32,000 bases of DNA from Mycobacterium tuberculosis H37Rv (lineage in GTDB: Bacteria > Actinomycetota > Actinomycetes > Mycobacteriales > Mycobacteriaceae): NCBI RefSeq assembly GCF_000195955.2, contig NC_000962.3:3210001-3242000 (forward strand), given 5' to 3'. The position numbers and the translations under genes are program-made. Under the pieces are notes generated by a model that had not been told where the DNA came from, made no database searches, and saw only the letters and a program-made list of their open reading frames with translations. Positions 1 to 9,862 of the stretch are shown here, piece after piece. The first letter of the stretch is position 1. Each line of letters opens with the position of its first letter.

Positions 1-1745
1 AACAAGGCGCGGGCCAGCTGGCAGATGATCTGCACCTCGCTGCGCACCTGATCGCTGGGCGGGTGCAGGCTACCACGCGACAGATGCACCATCGACATCG
101 AATCCTCAACCGACACCAATTGTTTGCGACCATTGCGGGTATCGCGATCGGTCCGACCCAGCGTCGGCAGGATCAGCGCGGTGGCGCCGTGGACAAGGTG
201 GCTGCGGTTGAGCTTGGTCGAGACTTGCACAGTCAGCGCGCACCTGCGCAAGGCCGCCTCGGTGACGGCGGTGTCGGGGGTGGCCGACGCGAAGTTTCCG
301 CCCATGCCCATGAAGACGCTGACCCGACCGTCGCGCATGGCCCGGATTGCGGCCACGGTGTCAAAGCCGTGCGCTCGGGGGCTGGTAATGCCGAACTCAC
401 GATCCAGCGCCGCCAGGAACTGCTCGGGCATCTTCTCCCAGATCCCCATCGTGCGGTCCCCTTGTACGTTGGAATGCCCGCGCACCGGGCACACCCCCGC
501 GCCGGGTTTGCCGATCATGCCCCGCAGCAGCAGCACGTTGGTGACCTCACCGATGGTGGCCACGGCGTGGGCGTGTTGGGTCAAGCCCATAGCCCAGCAG
601 ATGACCGTGCGCTGCGACGCCATCAACATCGCGGCGACCCGCTGAAGTTGCGCGAGTTCGATGCCGGTGGCGTCCATCACGGTGTCCAAGCCGACCTGCA
701 GAGTCCGGCGGCGGTACCCGTCGAATCCGGCACAATGGTTGTCGACGAACGACCGGTCGACAACGCTGCCGGGGACCCTCTCCTCGGCCTCCAACAACAA
801 CCTGCCTAACCCGGCGAACAATGCCATGTCCCCGCCGAGGCGGATCTGCACGAACTCGTCGGCGATCGGGATACCATGTCCCACAACCCCGTTCACCTTC
901 TGCGGATCTTTGAACCGAATCAACCCGGCCTCGGGCAGCGGGTTCACGGCGATGATCTTGGCGCCGTTGGCCTTCGCTTTCCCCAGCACCGACAGCATGC
1001 GGGGATGATTGGTACCGGGGTTTTGTCCGGCGATCACGATCAGGTCGGCGTGCTCGACGTCACCGATGGTCACCGAGCCTTTTCCGATTCCGATCGAGTC
1101 GGTCAGCGCCGCACCCGAGGACTCGTGGCACATGTTGGAGCAGTCGGGCAGGTTGTTGGTGCCGAAAGAGCGCACGAGCAGCTGGTAACAGAACGCCGCT
1201 TCGTTGCTGGTGCGCCCCGATGTGTAGAACACGGCCCGGTCGGGACTGTCCAACCCGTTGAGCTGCTCGGCGATCAGCTGATAAGCGGCATCCCAGCTGA
1301 TGGGCCGGTAGTGGTCATCACCGGGGCGCAAGACCATCGGGTGGGCGAGCCGGCCTTGCTGGGACAGCCAATATTCGGGCTTCGCGGACAGCTCCGCCAC
1401 CGAGTGCCGAGCGAAGAACTCCGCAGTGACGGTACGCTTGGTGGCCTCTTCGGCGACTGCCTTGGCGCCGTTCTCGCAGAACTCGGCCAGCTTGCGTCCG
1501 CCGGGCTCCTCCGGCCACGCGCAGCCTGGGCAGTCGAAGCCGTTACGCTGATTCAACCGAGCCAGCGCCGCCGCGGTGCGCAGCGCGCCCATCTGCTGCA
1601 TCCCCCGCTGCAGCGATACCATCACCGCCCGCACGCCCGCGGCCTCGCGTTTGCGCGGCGCCACCGTTACCGCCTGCTCGTCATAGTCGGCGAGGACGTC
1701 GCGAGACGCCGCCGACCGCTGCCACCTCACCGCCTCAACGTACAT
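1..1745 (-). CDS. fdhF: FdhF/YdeP-like molybdopterin oxidoreductase alpha subunit (Rv2900c), 3' end beyond window
   Basis: Open minus-strand frame from ATG at 1745 (MYVEAVRWQRSAASRDVLADYDEQ...), containing GFDCPGCAWPEEP and NLPDCSNMCHESSG motifs. It runs off the left edge, so it is absent from the ORF track. Plus-strand ORFs here are shadows. Confidence 0.9.
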   Translation of the reverse strand, partial: MYVEAVRWQRSAASRDVLADYDEQAVTVAPRKREAAGVRAVMVSLQRGMQQMGALRTAAALARLNQRNGFDCPGCAWPEEPGGRKLAEFCENGAKAVAEEATKRTVTAEFFARHSVAELSAKPEYWLSQQGRLAHPMVLRPGDDHYRPISWDAAYQLIAEQLNGLDSPDRAVFYTSGRTSNEAAFCYQLLVRSFGTNNLPDCSNMCHESSGAALTDSIGIGKGSVTIGDVEHADLIVIAGQNPGTNHPRMLSVLGKAKANGAKIIAVNPLPEAGLIRFKDPQKVNGVVGHGIPIADEFVQIRLGGDMALFAGLGRLLLEAEERVPGSVVDRSFVDNHCAGFDGYRRRTLQVGLDTVMDATGIELAQLQRVAAMLMASQRTVICWAMGLTQHAHAVATIGEVTNVLLLRGMIGKPGAGVCPVRGHSNVQGDRTMGIWEKMPEQFLAALDREFGITSPRAHGFDTVAAIRAMRDGRVSVFMGMGGNFASATPDTAVTEAALRRCALTVQVSTKLNRSHLVHGATALILPTLGRTDRDTRNGRKQLVSVEDSMSMVHLSRGSLHPPSDQVRSEVQIICQLARAL

Positions 1746-1802
1746 CCACGACCGACCGACTGCCGCACACAGCCGATTGACGTGTGACGGCGCTTGGGGC
1801 AG

Positions 1803-2108
1803 CTATTCCGGCAGGCGCAGCTCGGGTTTTTCGACTTCCTCGATGTTGACGTCCTTGAACGTGACCACCCGCACCTGTTTGACGAACCGTGCCGGCCGGT
1901 ACATGTCCCACACCCAGGCGTCAGCCAGCCGCAGCTCGAAGTACACCTCACCGTCGGTATTCCGCGGCACCATCTCCACACTGTTTGCCAAATAGAAACG
2001 TCGCTCGGTTTCTACGACGTAGCTGAACTGGCCGACGATGTCCTTGTATTCGCGATACAGCGAGAGCTCCATCTCGGTTTCATACTTTTCGAGATCCTCT
2101 GCACTCAT
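1803..2108 (-). CDS. DUF2469 family protein (Rv2901c)
   Basis: Minus ORF 1803..2222. Conserved protein likely starts at MSAEDLEKYETEMELSLYREYKDI (ATG at 2108, 101 aa). Confidence 0.85.
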   Translation of the reverse strand: MSAEDLEKYETEMELSLYREYKDIVGQFSYVVETERRFYLANSVEMVPRNTDGEVYFELRLADAWVWDMYRPARFVKQVRVVTFKDVNIEEVEKPELRLPE

Positions 2109-2161
2109 CTGCTCAGACGTCCTTCTCCCTGCCGGTTCCCCGGCTTCCCCGCTCAGTGCCC

Positions 2162-2956
2162 CTAAGTGCCCTGAGCGCGACCCGTGGCCCGCATTGTCGC
2201 TGGGTGGGAACTCTTGCTCCATCTTCCCTCACCCGTCTGTGCCGTCCCGTCCCGAGGGTCGGGTTGGCCGTCGGCGACCTCTGCGGTGTTCGACCCACTC
2301 GCCACCCGGCGAACATTGATGAACGAGTAACGGTGCTGCGGGCAGGGTCCCAATCGGGCCAGCGCCCGGCTGTGCGCCGGGGTGCTGTAACCCTTGTGCT
2401 CCGCGAAACCGTACCCGGGGTGATCGGCGTCCAACGCAACCATCACGCGGTCCCGGCTGACCTTGGCGAGCACGCTAGCCGCGGCGATGCAGGCGGCTGC
2501 CGCGTCGCCACCGATCACCGGCAACGACGGCATCGGCAGTCCTGGCACGCGAAAGCCGTCGCTGAGCACATAACCGGGCCGCACCGCCAGACCGGCCACC
2601 GCGCGCCGCATACCTTCGATATTGGCCACGTGCACGCCGCGGCGGTCGACCTCGGCCGACGGGATGAACACCACGTGATAGGCCACCGCATACCGGCAGA
2701 TCAGCGGGAACAGCTTCTCCCGCGCTTGCTCGCTGAGCTTCTTCGAATCATCAAGGGCGGCAAGACTTGCTATCCGCCCGGGGCCAAGCACGCAGGCCGC
2801 GACCACCAACGGGCCAGCGCAGGCGCCGCGACCCACTTCGTCGACCCCGGCCACCGGCCCCAGACCACCACGATGCAGCGCGGACTCCAGGGTGCGCATT
2901 CCCCGCAAACCCCCAGATTTACGGATCACCGTCCGCGGTGGCCAGGTCTTGGTCAT
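2162..2956 (-). CDS. rnhB: Ribonuclease HII (Rv2902c)
   Basis: 264 aa ORF with [20 protein letters not shown] and [13 protein letters not shown] motifs. Confidence 0.93.
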
Positions 2957-2969
2957 ATTCCAGCCATGG

Positions 2970-3854
2970 CTACCGACCTTGCTGGGGATTCACCGAACGC
3001 ACAACACCCCAACGCGACGGCGGCCACACGATCAACCTGGCCTTACCGATGACGTTGGCCACCGGCACGGTCCCCGGTAGCGGATCGTCAGTACATAGCA
3101 ACGGGCAGTGAGCGCGGGAATCCGCCGAATGGGTGCGGTTGTCGCCCATCACCCAGACACGCCCGGGCGGGACGGTGACCGGCCCGAACTCGCTGCCCAG
3201 GCACGGGTATATCGACGGGTCGGCCATCATGGTGGCCGGATCCAGGTATGGCTCCTTCAGTGGCCTGCCGTTGACCGTCAGGCCGGTGTCGGACCGGCAT
3301 TGAACCGTCTGTCCGCCGACCGCGATGACACGCTTGACCAGGTCGTTCTCGTCGGGAGGCACGAAACCGATGAACGACAACGCGTTCTGCACCCAGCGCA
3401 CGGCGACGTTGTGCGAACGGATCGACTTGTAACCAACGTTCCACGACGGCGGTCCCCTGAAGACGATGACGTCGCCAGGTTGCGGTGAGCCGAAGCGGTA
3501 GCTGAGTTTGTCCACCATGATGCGGTCGCCGACGCACGTCGAACACCCGTGCAACGTGGGTTCCATCGATTCCGACGGAATCAGATAAGGGCGCGCGACA
3601 AACGTCAGCATGACGTAGTAGAGCACCACAGCAATCACCGCCAGCACCGCGAACTCCCGCAGCGTTGATCGCTTCGCGGGCCGCGGCTCGTCCGTTTTGG
3701 CCGCCTTGGAGTCGCCTTCGGAGTCCGCATCCGGGGCTGCGTCGAACGGGGCTGCGTCGAAGACCTGGCCGGCAATGTCCGGGTCCCGGGAGGAGAGCTC
3801 CGGCTCTGCCGGACCCGGCTGGCGCTCCGATGGGGAGTCCGTGGTTTCGGTCAC
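2970..3854 (-). CDS. lepB: Signal peptidase I (Rv2903c)
   Basis: 294 aa ORF with a TM segment, catalytic [20 protein letters not shown] and [11 protein letters not shown]. Confidence 0.95.
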
Positions 3855-3911
3855 GAGATCAGCGTAGCCAGCGCAGGTGGCGGCTTTCGAACATCGCCGA
3901 GACGTTCCCGG

Positions 3912-4253
<342 letters not shown>

Positions 4254-4627
4254 TGGAAATGACCATCCTTGGGGTCGCGGCGTGGTTACCCCCCACACGC
4301 AGCGTGCGGTGGTCACCAAGCCGGTGGGTTCGGGCTTATTGGTGCATCTCGCAGCAGGCGGCACGCAACCCGGCCGACCACCGCGACAGACAACTGCTCA
4401 ATTGTGCCAGACGGTACGCATGCAGTGAAATCACAGGAAATCTCCGGTGGTTCGCGGCCGTCGAAAAGCGCCCGCAAATGGTACACATGACTTACATATG
4501 ACTAGGGTCAAACCGCGCGTGTGGAAACCCGAAGCTTGGCGTGACACCCAACAGAGGGCACTTAAGAGGGCAATGCGGCCGCCTACCTGCACGTTTTCGC
4601 GATGTCAGAGGATGCCGAGGGAGAACA

Positions 4628-5572
4628 ATGCGAGCACGGCCGCTGACGTTGCTCACCGCTTTGGCGGCGGTGACATTGGTGGTGGTTGCGGGCTGCGAGG
4701 CCCGAGTCGAGGCCGAAGCATATAGCGCGGCCGACCGCATTTCGTCTCGACCGCAAGCGCGACCTCAGCCGCAGCCGGTGGAGCTACTGCTGCGCGCCAT
4801 CACGCCGCCTAGGGCTCCGGCGGCGTCGCCGAACGTCGGGTTTGGCGAACTGCCTACCCGGGTCCGGCAGGCAACCGATGAGGCCGCCGCCATGGGCGCC
4901 ACCCTCTCGGTGGCGGTGCTCGATCGCGCTACTGGCCAGCTGGTCTCCAACGGCAACACGCAGATTATCGCTACCGCGTCGGTGGCCAAGCTGTTCATCG
5001 CCGACGATCTGCTGCTGGCCGAGGCCGAGGGCAAAGTCACATTGTCCCCAGAGGACCATCATGCGTTGGACGTCATGCTGCAGTCATCCGACGATGGTGC
5101 GGCCGAGCGATTCTGGAGTCAGGACGGCGGCAATGCCGTCGTCACTCAAGTCGCGCGCCGATATGGGCTCAGGTCGACCGCGCCTCCCAGCGACGGGCGC
5201 TGGTGGAACACAATCAGCTCCGCGCCAGACCTGATCCGCTACTACGACATGCTGCTCGACGGGTCCGGCGGCCTACCACTGGATCGGGCCGCCGTCATCA
5301 TCGCCGACCTGGCCCAGTCCACACCGACCGGGATCGACGGCTACCCGCAGCGGTTCGGCATCCCCGACGGTTTGTACGCCGAACCGGTCGCAGTCAAACA
5401 GGGCTGGATGTGCTGTATCGGCAGCAGCTGGATGCATCTGTCCACCGGGGTGATCGGCCCGGAACGCCGCTACATCATGGTGATCGAGTCACTGCAGCCC
5501 GCCGACGACGCCACCGCTCGAGCAACCATCACGCAAGCCGTCAGAACGATGTTTCCCAACGGCCGGATCTGA
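4628..5572 (+). CDS. lppW: Lipoprotein with a class-A beta-lactamase-like motif set (Rv2905)
   Basis: 314 aa from ATG at 4628: MRARPLTLLTALAAVTLVVVAGC lipobox, TASVAKLF (SxxK), SSDDG and VKQGW motifs. Confidence 0.9.
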   Translation: MRARPLTLLTALAAVTLVVVAGCEARVEAEAYSAADRISSRPQARPQPQPVELLLRAITPPRAPAASPNVGFGELPTRVRQATDEAAAMGATLSVAVLDRATGQLVSNGNTQIIATASVAKLFIADDLLLAEAEGKVTLSPEDHHALDVMLQSSDDGAAERFWSQDGGNAVVTQVARRYGLRSTAPPSDGRWWNTISSAPDLIRYYDMLLDGSGGLPLDRAAVIIADLAQSTPTGIDGYPQRFGIPDGLYAEPVAVKQGWMCCIGSSWMHLSTGVIGPERRYIMVIESLQPADDATARATITQAVRTMFPNGRI

Positions 5573-5596
5573 CGCTCGTCCGGTCGCCTCACCGGC

Positions 5597-5656
5597 GCGA
5601 GCAGACGCAAAAGCCACCGCACGTTCGGCGTGTCGGGGGATTTCGCGTCTGCTCGC
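5597..5656. terminator. Inverted repeat between convergent lppW and trmD (bidirectional terminator-like)
   Basis: GCGAGCAGACGC (5597-5608) pairs perfectly with GCGTCTGCTCGC (5645-5656), immediately downstream of the lppW stop. Confidence 0.5.
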
Positions 5657-5664
5657 CAGCGGGG

Positions 5665-6357
5665 CTAGTCGGGGTGGGACAGGTCGGGGCGTCGTTCGCG
5701 GGTGCGCTGCAGCGAGACCTCTCTGCGCCAGGCGGCAATTCGGGCATGGTCGCCGGAGAGTAGGACCTCGGGTACATCGAGGCCACGCCAGCTCGCCGGC
5801 CGGGTGTAGCTCGGACCCTCAAGGAGCCCGTCCAGGCCCGTTGAGTGCGAATCATCTTGGTGGGAAGCGGGATTGCCGAGAACACCGGCCAACAGTCGCA
5901 GCACGGCTTCGACCATCACCACGGCCGCCGACTCCCCGCCGGGCAATACGTAGTCGCCGATCGAGACTTCTTCGACGCGCATTCGCCGGGCGGCATCCTG
6001 CACGACCCGCTGGTCGATGCCTTCGTAGCGGCCGCAGGCGAACACCAGATGGCTCTCGGTGGTCCAGCGCTGGGCGGTGGCCTGGGTAAACAACACACCG
6101 GCGGGCGTGGGAACAATCAACAACGTTTCGCTGGAACAAATTTCGTCAAGCGCTTCACCCCACACCGGCGCCTTCATCACCATTCCCGGGCCGCCGCCGT
6201 AGGGTGCGTCGTCCACCGAGTGATGCACATCGTGGGTCCAGCGCCGCAGGTCGTGCACGTTAAGGTCGACCAGGCCCGATTCGATCGCCTTGCCCGGCAA
6301 CGACTGTCGCAACGGGTCCAGGCAGGCGGGGAAGATCGTCACGATATCGATGCGCAC
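5665..6357 (-). CDS. trmD: tRNA (guanine-N1)-methyltransferase (Rv2906c)
   Basis: 230 aa [23 protein letters not shown]...[12 protein letters not shown]...[11 protein letters not shown]...[17 protein letters not shown]. Confidence 0.96.
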   Translation of the reverse strand: MRIDIVTIFPACLDPLRQSLPGKAIESGLVDLNVHDLRRWTHDVHHSVDDAPYGGGPGMVMKAPVWGEALDEICSSETLLIVPTPAGVLFTQATAQRWTTESHLVFACGRYEGIDQRVVQDAARRMRVEEVSIGDYVLPGGESAAVVMVEAVLRLLAGVLGNPASHQDDSHSTGLDGLLEGPSYTRPASWRGLDVPEVLLSGDHARIAAWRREVSLQRTRERRPDLSHPD

Positions 6358-6360
6358 GCC

Positions 6361-6891
6361 TTACTCCAGATTCAGCAAGCCATGGGGCGGATCAATCTCA
6401 ACGATGCCGTCGTCCAATGACACCGACGTGACGATGGCACGCACAAACGGCACCAAAACCTCATCGGAATCACGCTTGACCGCCAGCAACTCACCAGCGG
6501 CGGTGTGCACCACTTCGGTGACGACACCAACACCCTCCCCCGTCGCCGTCTGGACCATAAGCCCCACCAGCTGGTGATCGTAATAGGTGTCCGGCTCGTC
6601 GATCGGGGGCAAGTCATCGGCGTCGATCACGAACAAGCTGCCGCGCAACGCATCGGCTGCGTCTCGATCGGCCACTCCAGCGAGTCGCACCAACAGGCGG
6701 CCGCCGTGCTGCCGCACACTTTCGATGACGTAACTCACCGCACTGCCCTCGGCACCACCGTCAAAAGGCCCCTTAGCGCGCAACCTGGTACCCGGCGCAA
6801 ACCGGTCAGCTGGGTCGTCGGTGCGGATCTCGACGACGACCTCGCCGGTGACACCGTGCGACTTCACCACCCGCCCGACTACCAGCTCCAT
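6361..6891 (-). CDS. rimM: 16S rRNA processing protein RimM (Rv2907c)
   Basis: [30 protein letters not shown] at 6891, 176 aa. The ORF track extends to 6948. Confidence 0.93.
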
Positions 6892-6904
6892 GAGCGGGGC
6901 TCCG

Positions 6905-7147
6905 CTACTGGTCGGTGTCCACCACGTCGACGCGGATACCGCGGCCACCGATACCGGCTACCAGAGTGCGCAATGCGGTAGCGGTGCGTCCCCCACGACC
7001 GATCACCTTGCCCAGGTCGTCTGGATGAACGTGGACTTCGACGGTGCGCCCCCGCCGACTGGTTATCAGGTCTACCCGGACATCGTCAGGATTGTCGACG
7101 ATCCCACGGACCAGATGCTCAACAGCGTCAACGACGACGGCGCTCAT
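6905..7147 (-). CDS. khpA: KH-domain RNA-binding protein, KhpA family (Rv2908c)
   Basis: 80 aa with [22 protein letters not shown], between rpsP and rimM as is typical. Confidence 0.9.
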
Positions 7148-7154
7148 TTCCCCG

Positions 7155-7643
7155 TCAGCTTTCCGCCGTCAGCTCGGCCTGCTCGCCACCCAGCGCCGGC
7201 GTGTCCGGCTGCTCAGGCTGCGGCGCTGGCTCAGCAGCCTTGGCAGCCTTTTTGGCCGGCGACTTCTTCTTCGGTTTGGTGGCCTCGGTGGTAGGACCAC
7301 CGTCGGCGGCGGCCAACGCGGCGTTGAACACCTCGAGCTTGCTGGGCTTGGGTGCGGCGACCTTCAACCGGCCCTGAGCGCCAGGTAGGCCCTTAAACTT
7401 CTGCCAATCCCCGGTGATCTTCAGCAGCTTGAGGACGGGCTCGGTGGGCTGAGCACCCACCGAGAGCCAGTACTGGGCACGCTCGGAGTTGATCTCGATG
7501 AGACTCGGCTCTTCTTTGGGGTGGTACCGGCCGATTACCTCGATCGCTCGGCCGTCGCGGCGGGTGCGCGCATCGGCGACGGCGACGCGGTACTGAGGAT
7601 TGCGGATCTTGCCAAGCCGAGTGAGCTTGATCTTCACAGCCAT
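7155..7643 (-). CDS. rpsP: 30S ribosomal protein S16 with long C-terminal extension (Rv2909c)
   Basis: 162 aa [42 protein letters not shown].... The S16 core is followed by an Ala/Lys/Pro-rich tail. Confidence 0.95.
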
Positions 7644-7826
7644 GATTGAGCGCTCCTATTGGTGTCACGCTGCAATTCAGCGACCCGGGCGGGATGCCCG
7701 GATCCGGTTTTGCCTCGCGTGTATGACCACCGGGCGGCAACCCCGAACAGGACAAGTCGTCGCGCGGTGGACAGCCGCCAATTGTGCCAGAACGTGATGC
7801 TGGGGCAGTAATTCGCCCAGCGGGCT

Positions 7827-8270
7827 TCACATCATTTTCTGGAAGCACTTGGTTTCGACCCGCCTGATGATCCGCCAGCCATCGGGGGTGCGCACGAAAT
7901 CGTCGTCGTACCACAGTCCACAGAACAGCACTTGCTGCCGGTCGCCGGCGAACACCATCGGGTTGAAGCAGATCACCCGCGACGACGCGGTATCGCCGTC
8001 GACACGGACCGAGAAGTTGCCCAACATGTGCGCATATACCGGGAAGTTTCCCAGCACCTGCGACAGCCATTGCTTGATCTTCGGATACCTGCCGTCGATG
8101 CCACCTAGCGCGCGATAGTCGATATAGGCGTCGGGGGTGAACACCCGGTCAAGATCGTCGAATCGGCGCTGGTCAATCGCGCTGGAGTAGTCCACCAGCA
8201 ACTGCTGGATTTCCAACCGGTCGGAAATTTCGGCCACGCTCAACATGCTCCGATCCAACACCGCACACAT
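7827..8270 (-). CDS. SnoaL-like/NTF2-fold protein (Rv2910c)
   Basis: 147 aa with EISDRLEIQQLLVDYSSAIDQRRFDDLDRVFTPDAYIDY, typical of the SnoaL_4 family. Confidence 0.8.
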   Translation of the reverse strand: MCAVLDRSMLSVAEISDRLEIQQLLVDYSSAIDQRRFDDLDRVFTPDAYIDYRALGGIDGRYPKIKQWLSQVLGNFPVYAHMLGNFSVRVDGDTASSRVICFNPMVFAGDRQQVLFCGLWYDDDFVRTPDGWRIIRRVETKCFQKMM

Positions 8271-8338
8271 CGGCCGGACAGCCCCCGACCAGCCCGAGAA
8301 TAGGCCTACCGGAGCCCTGGAAGTTAAACTCTGCGCCC

Positions 8339-9214
8339 ATGCGAAAGCTCATGACCGCGACCGCCGCGCTCTGTGCCTGCGCAGTCACCGTCAGTGCGGG
8401 TGCCGCGTGGGCCGATGCCGACGTGCAGCCGGCCGGCTCCGTGCCGATCCCCGATGGCCCGGCTCAGACCTGGATCGTGGCCGACCTCGATAGCGGTCAG
8501 GTGCTAGCCGGCCGCGACCAAAACGTGGCCCATCCGCCCGCGAGCACCATCAAGGTGCTGTTGGCGCTGGTGGCACTCGACGAGCTGGACCTGAACTCCA
8601 CGGTCGTCGCCGACGTCGCCGACACACAGGCCGAGTGCAACTGCGTCGGCGTCAAACCGGGGCGCAGCTACACCGCGCGCCAGCTGCTCGACGGCCTGTT
8701 GCTGGTGTCGGGCAACGACGCCGCCAACACGTTGGCGCACATGCTGGGTGGCCAAGACGTCACCGTGGCCAAGATGAACGCCAAAGCCGCCACCCTAGGT
8801 GCGACGTCCACCCACGCGACGACGCCGTCCGGCCTAGACGGACCCGGCGGCTCCGGGGCGTCCACCGCGCACGACCTGGTGGTCATCTTCCGGGCCGCGA
8901 TGGCCAATCCGGTGTTCGCGCAGATCACCGCCGAGCCCTCGGCGATGTTCCCCAGCGATAACGGCGAACAGCTGATCGTCAACCAGGACGAGCTGCTGCA
9001 GCGGTACCCGGGCGCGATCGGCGGCAAGACGGGCTACACCAACGCCGCTCGCAAGACGTTCGTGGGTGCCGCCGCCCGCGGCGGCCGCCGCCTGGTGATC
9101 GCCATGATGTACGGGCTGGTCAAAGAGGGCGGACCGACGTATTGGGATCAGGCTGCGACCCTGTTCGACTGGGGTTTCGCCCTCAACCCGCAGGCCAGCG
9201 TCGGCTCGCTCTAG
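8339..9214 (+). CDS. dacB2: D-alanyl-D-alanine carboxypeptidase (Rv2911)
   Basis: 291 aa with signal peptide and PBP motifs PASTIKVLL (SxxK), VSGNDAA (SxN), GGKTGYTN (KTG). Confidence 0.93.
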   Translation: MRKLMTATAALCACAVTVSAGAAWADADVQPAGSVPIPDGPAQTWIVADLDSGQVLAGRDQNVAHPPASTIKVLLALVALDELDLNSTVVADVADTQAECNCVGVKPGRSYTARQLLDGLLLVSGNDAANTLAHMLGGQDVTVAKMNAKAATLGATSTHATTPSGLDGPGGSGASTAHDLVVIFRAAMANPVFAQITAEPSAMFPSDNGEQLIVNQDELLQRYPGAIGGKTGYTNAARKTFVGAAARGGRRLVIAMMYGLVKEGGPTYWDQAATLFDWGFALNPQASVGSL

Positions 9215-9218
9215 CACC

Positions 9219-9271
9219 GCGAGCAGACGTGGGCGCTGGTGCGCCCATCATGTTCTTTTGCGTCTGCTGGC
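9219..9271. terminator. Inverted repeat between convergent dacB2 and Rv2912c (bidirectional terminator-like)
   Basis: GCGAGCAGACG (9219-9229) pairs with CGTCTGCTGGC (9261-9271) with one mismatch, filling the 59-bp gap between the two stop codons. Confidence 0.5.
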
Positions 9272-9273
9272 GC

Positions 9274-9861
9274 TCATAGGCCGGCGGTCAGCAGCGCCGT
9301 CAGCATGGGAATCCGCTGTTCCTCGAGTTCGGGCTGCGGCAGTACCCCTCGCACAATGGCGGCGCCGTCGAAGACGTTGGTCATCAACGCCACGATGACC
9401 GGAAATGTCTCCTCCGGAAAGCTCTCGGCACCCGGCAGAGCACGCGCGGCGTCGTGGATCTTCGCGCTGTACTGCCCCAGCACATTCTGCAGCGTCTCCT
9501 TGAGCTTCTCGTCGGTGCGCGCGGCGACCATAAGCTCGTAGAGCACCGCATTCGTGGAGCCGGCCGTGATGTCCCGCAAAATCGTCAGCGCCGCCGGAAG
9601 CGCCGGCCGATCGGCCGGTATTTCGGCGACTTGCTTGGTGAACGTTTCCAGCTGACGGCGCAACACCTCGTATGCCGTGGCCGCCATGAAATCACCCATC
9701 GTTTCGAAGTGCCGGAACAGGGCGCCTACCGACACCCCAGCCCGCTTGGTGATCACGGCAGCCGATGCCCGCGCGTAGCCGACCTCGATGATCGTGTCGA
9801 TGCTGGCCTGCAGAAGCCGTGCAACGGTTTCTTCGCGGCGCTGCTGCTGGGTCCTGGCCAT
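9274..9861 (-). CDS. TetR-family transcriptional regulator (Rv2912c)
   Basis: 195 aa with an N-terminal HTH: RREETVARLLQASIDTIIEVGYARASAAVITKRAGVSVGALFRHF. Confidence 0.92.
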   Translation of the reverse strand: MARTQQQRREETVARLLQASIDTIIEVGYARASAAVITKRAGVSVGALFRHFETMGDFMAATAYEVLRRQLETFTKQVAEIPADRPALPAALTILRDITAGSTNAVLYELMVAARTDEKLKETLQNVLGQYSAKIHDAARALPGAESFPEETFPVIVALMTNVFDGAAIVRGVLPQPELEEQRIPMLTALLTAGL

Positions 9862-9862
9862 G

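Noticed and set aside
63-1787. Plus-strand ORFs 63..809, 124..645 and 876..1787 (up to 303 aa)
   Set aside because: They are antisense shadows of fdhF in high-GC DNA. The translations are Arg/Gly/Pro-rich with no domain logic, while the opposite frame has clear oxidoreductase motifs.
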